In this document: positions 61,513-64,000 of the stretch, one piece after another
Numbering within the stretch: position 1 is the stretch's first letter
How the letters are laid out: every line of letters begins with the position of its first letter
NCBI GenBank assembly: GCA_965235115.1
Contig: OZ249436.1
Span: forward strand, 20,896,001-20,960,000
DNA: 64,000 nucleotides
Source of the DNA: Laetmonice hystrix
Taxonomy: Eukaryota
Reading direction: 5' to 3'
The notes under the pieces: model-generated
Told to the model about the DNA's origin: nothing
Database searches by the model: none
What the model saw: only the letters and a program-made list of their open reading frames with translations
Position numbers and translations under genes: made by a program

Positions 61513-64000
61513 TAAATGGCGATGGCTCGAGTTTCAAAAAGTTGGATTCAACTTACAACAAAAGGCCTGACAAGTCAAAATCACCTTCGGAATAAATAAT
61601 TTCTTGACCGAGGACCTAGCGAAAACCATACACATTAACAGGGGCATCTCAGCGTAAGTAGACATTGCGACAGGGCTTTGAAATCGGCCTTGAAACCAAG
61701 CGAACCGACGCATTTGGTAAATTCTCTACCAGTTCTCCCACATCCTTAACGCGAAGCTGTTAATGGAGTCGACGTCTATGTAGTCTTTTGCTGCTTGATA
61801 TAAACATCCAACAGTAGTAGTAACAGATGTTGGTCCTAGTTAGGGCCCTACGAGGCTGGTCATTAATGCCACAGTTTAAATTGGTCCATCGACCTGGTAT
61901 AGAGCCTGCAGCCTCATTTAGTACTAACTCTATTCAACCAATACTGATGATATCAGGACGTAGGAAGGGAGCGATAATGTCCTCGTGCAGCCATCGTTAA
62001 CTGTAGAAATCAGTGGCGCGGGTTCCGGGCATGCTTGGCGCACGGCCCACGTCACGACCGACCGAGCGGGTTTCCACTCGGTGGGTCGGTCTAACGACGA
62101 CAGTCGCCACCACTCCGCCGGCTGGCCACACTTACCTACCGCAAGGGGGCGCTCATGCACGAGGGCCAATCTATCACACCCACCACTGAATTTTGAATTC
62201 ATTTCAAAATCAATCGCCTTTGATCAGCGTGTTCACGCCTTGATTTCAGCTCCAGAAGCCACAATTTGACACCAGCAGCTCCAGAAGCCACAATTCGACA
62301 CAGTGTCTGACACATTCCTATACTGCAGCGTTCAATCTTGTGTGAAGGGAAAGTCCGTCTCATGAAATATGACCCCCTCGGGTGTGGAAGGAAAGGGGAG
62401 CTTGTCACCCCCACCCTTTTAAGGATTTGCGTTCTACATGGAGGATTGCTATTGATACTGGGCTAGCGACTACCAACCCGGTAATGTCGGGGTCATTAGG
62501 GCCATCCGTGCCGTTGTGGTTCGCGTAAACATGTAACTTCAAGCGTAGATAACTTGAAGGAACACCAATTAGAATTTATGTAACACATCAGAGAAATCAA
62601 AACTGGAGAATCATGTAAAGGCGAAAAGATGTTATCCATCCCAGAACTAACGACTGCGCAGCCTCTGAAGGACCTATTTACTTGGCCCCGTGTCTTGTGT
62701 CATACTTGCTGACATTTCCTTTAGAAGCACATCTTCTTCTCGTGGTGGCACATATCCGTCAACATCTTACATGACAGGCAATGCCAGCCCCGTCCGCCTC
62801 TTTCCAGGTCCCAAGAGGTCCTCGAACCTGTAAATACTTCCTTTGGATTAGTTCTAAAAGGTGCCGACAGGGTGCACTGACTGCTGGCAGTCCATACACC
62901 CCCACAAAAGTACACTCCCATGACAGAGAGGTTTGAAGTATCCCCCGTGTCACTTCGTTTGTTGTGACAGGAAATGGTAGCCAGAAGTAACCCTAACCGA
63001 TGACCTAAAGTATTACCGGAACGGCCTTGTGGCCGACTGTCTTAGGACAAAATACTTTCAGATTACTCTCCCCTGTGGTGGAAAACATTTTCTGCCATTC
63101 TGTTTGACCTCAAGTTGAAATGCAAATCATCACCAGAAGTGTTGACATCGCCTTGATGATAAAACATGACGAGAAAGAACTCTATGAAAGAACATCAAAC
63201 TCCACATGTCAGAAAACAGCTATTTCAGTACAGAGTGAAAATTAAAGGGGCACCGCACGTAACTTCGAAAATAAAACACTTGACTGTCACTGATAGCAAC
63301 CCATTGACATATATATATGTGGATAACTAGGATTCAGGCCGAAGGTATAACATGATAATAGCAGGAGTTTGAATCTGTCTCCTCTCTCTGAAAGTGGCGC
63401 TGCAAGTAACGTAGAACAATATCCCATAATAATACCAAGTTCCGGGGAATCCCATGCTAACTTCCGGTATCTCCCCACCATATTTGTTCATACAATTGCT
63501 TTGTAAATATGCCTCCGAGGAAACCGGCTTTTAAGCGACGAAAATCGATGTATCCAACAGAATCAGCTAAAAAGTTGAAAAGGATAGCGGAAGTAGATCA
63601 TCTGCGCGCGCATATAAGGGAATTCCTCTGTTGACCGGTTATCCAAAATGGCCAAGCGGTTGGAAGATAAGGCATTGGATTACAACGGAGTCAGCTGACC
63701 ATTCTCACATTACATTTGGTTGGTCTCACTTCAATTTATTCGAGTTTTGCATGTGATACTAAGCTGATTCATATGGCAGTGGGTCGATACGTAATACGTA
63801 GCCTTCCATGAAGAAATGTCTACACTACGCTGGTCAAATATCACCCATAGATTGCCTGTCTTCCTATGGGCATGTTTGATGGATATTATGTACGATCGAG
63901 GATACTGGGTTTCGAATGAGAGTCACATTACCATGACAGTTTCTCCCACGTTTCGCGTCAAGTCCATCGTTCCTTCCACTGCTACTAGGTTTACTAGTTT

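Noticed and set aside
62680..62830. Exon-like minus-strand segment (FEDLLGPGKRRTGLALPV*DVDGYVPPREED)
   Set aside because: Contains a stop and I cannot assign it to any family; at most a decayed TE coding fragment.

Overview
This window is eukaryotic, repeat-rich genomic DNA, probably from a marine invertebrate (inferred from repeat types). It shows no prokaryotic operons or CRISPR arrays. The only well-supported genes are two paralogous class A (rhodopsin-like, peptide-receptor-type) GPCRs lying tail-to-tail. GPCR-A is on the + strand (coding exons 20763-21208, 21804-21908, 22755-22863, 27865-27980) and GPCR-B on the - strand (37511-37066, 33516-33412, 33016-32908, 32351-32254). Their internal exons have identical sizes (446/105/109 bp) and splice phases, and both proteins end in a class I PDZ-type motif (-TKI, -TRV). 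I found no N-terminal/TM1-TM2 exon for either gene, so most of the rest is probably very long intron. That DNA is filled with minisatellites (28-120 bp units) and non-autonomous DNA transposons whose TIRs and target-site duplications can be read directly (IS3EU-, Kolobok-, Harbinger-, hAT5-, Ginger- and Academ-like). The most notable structures are: a nested Academ complex at about 43.8-48.0 kb, a RecQ-type helicase 5' fragment head-to-head with another start exon at about 39 kb, a TGT..ACA element carrying about 1 kb of unrelated cargo, and a three-layer nest at 57-58 kb. Almost all ORFs in the supplied track are spurious translations of repeats. I did not find a clearly new biological system; superfamily labels rest on terminus and TSD signatures only.
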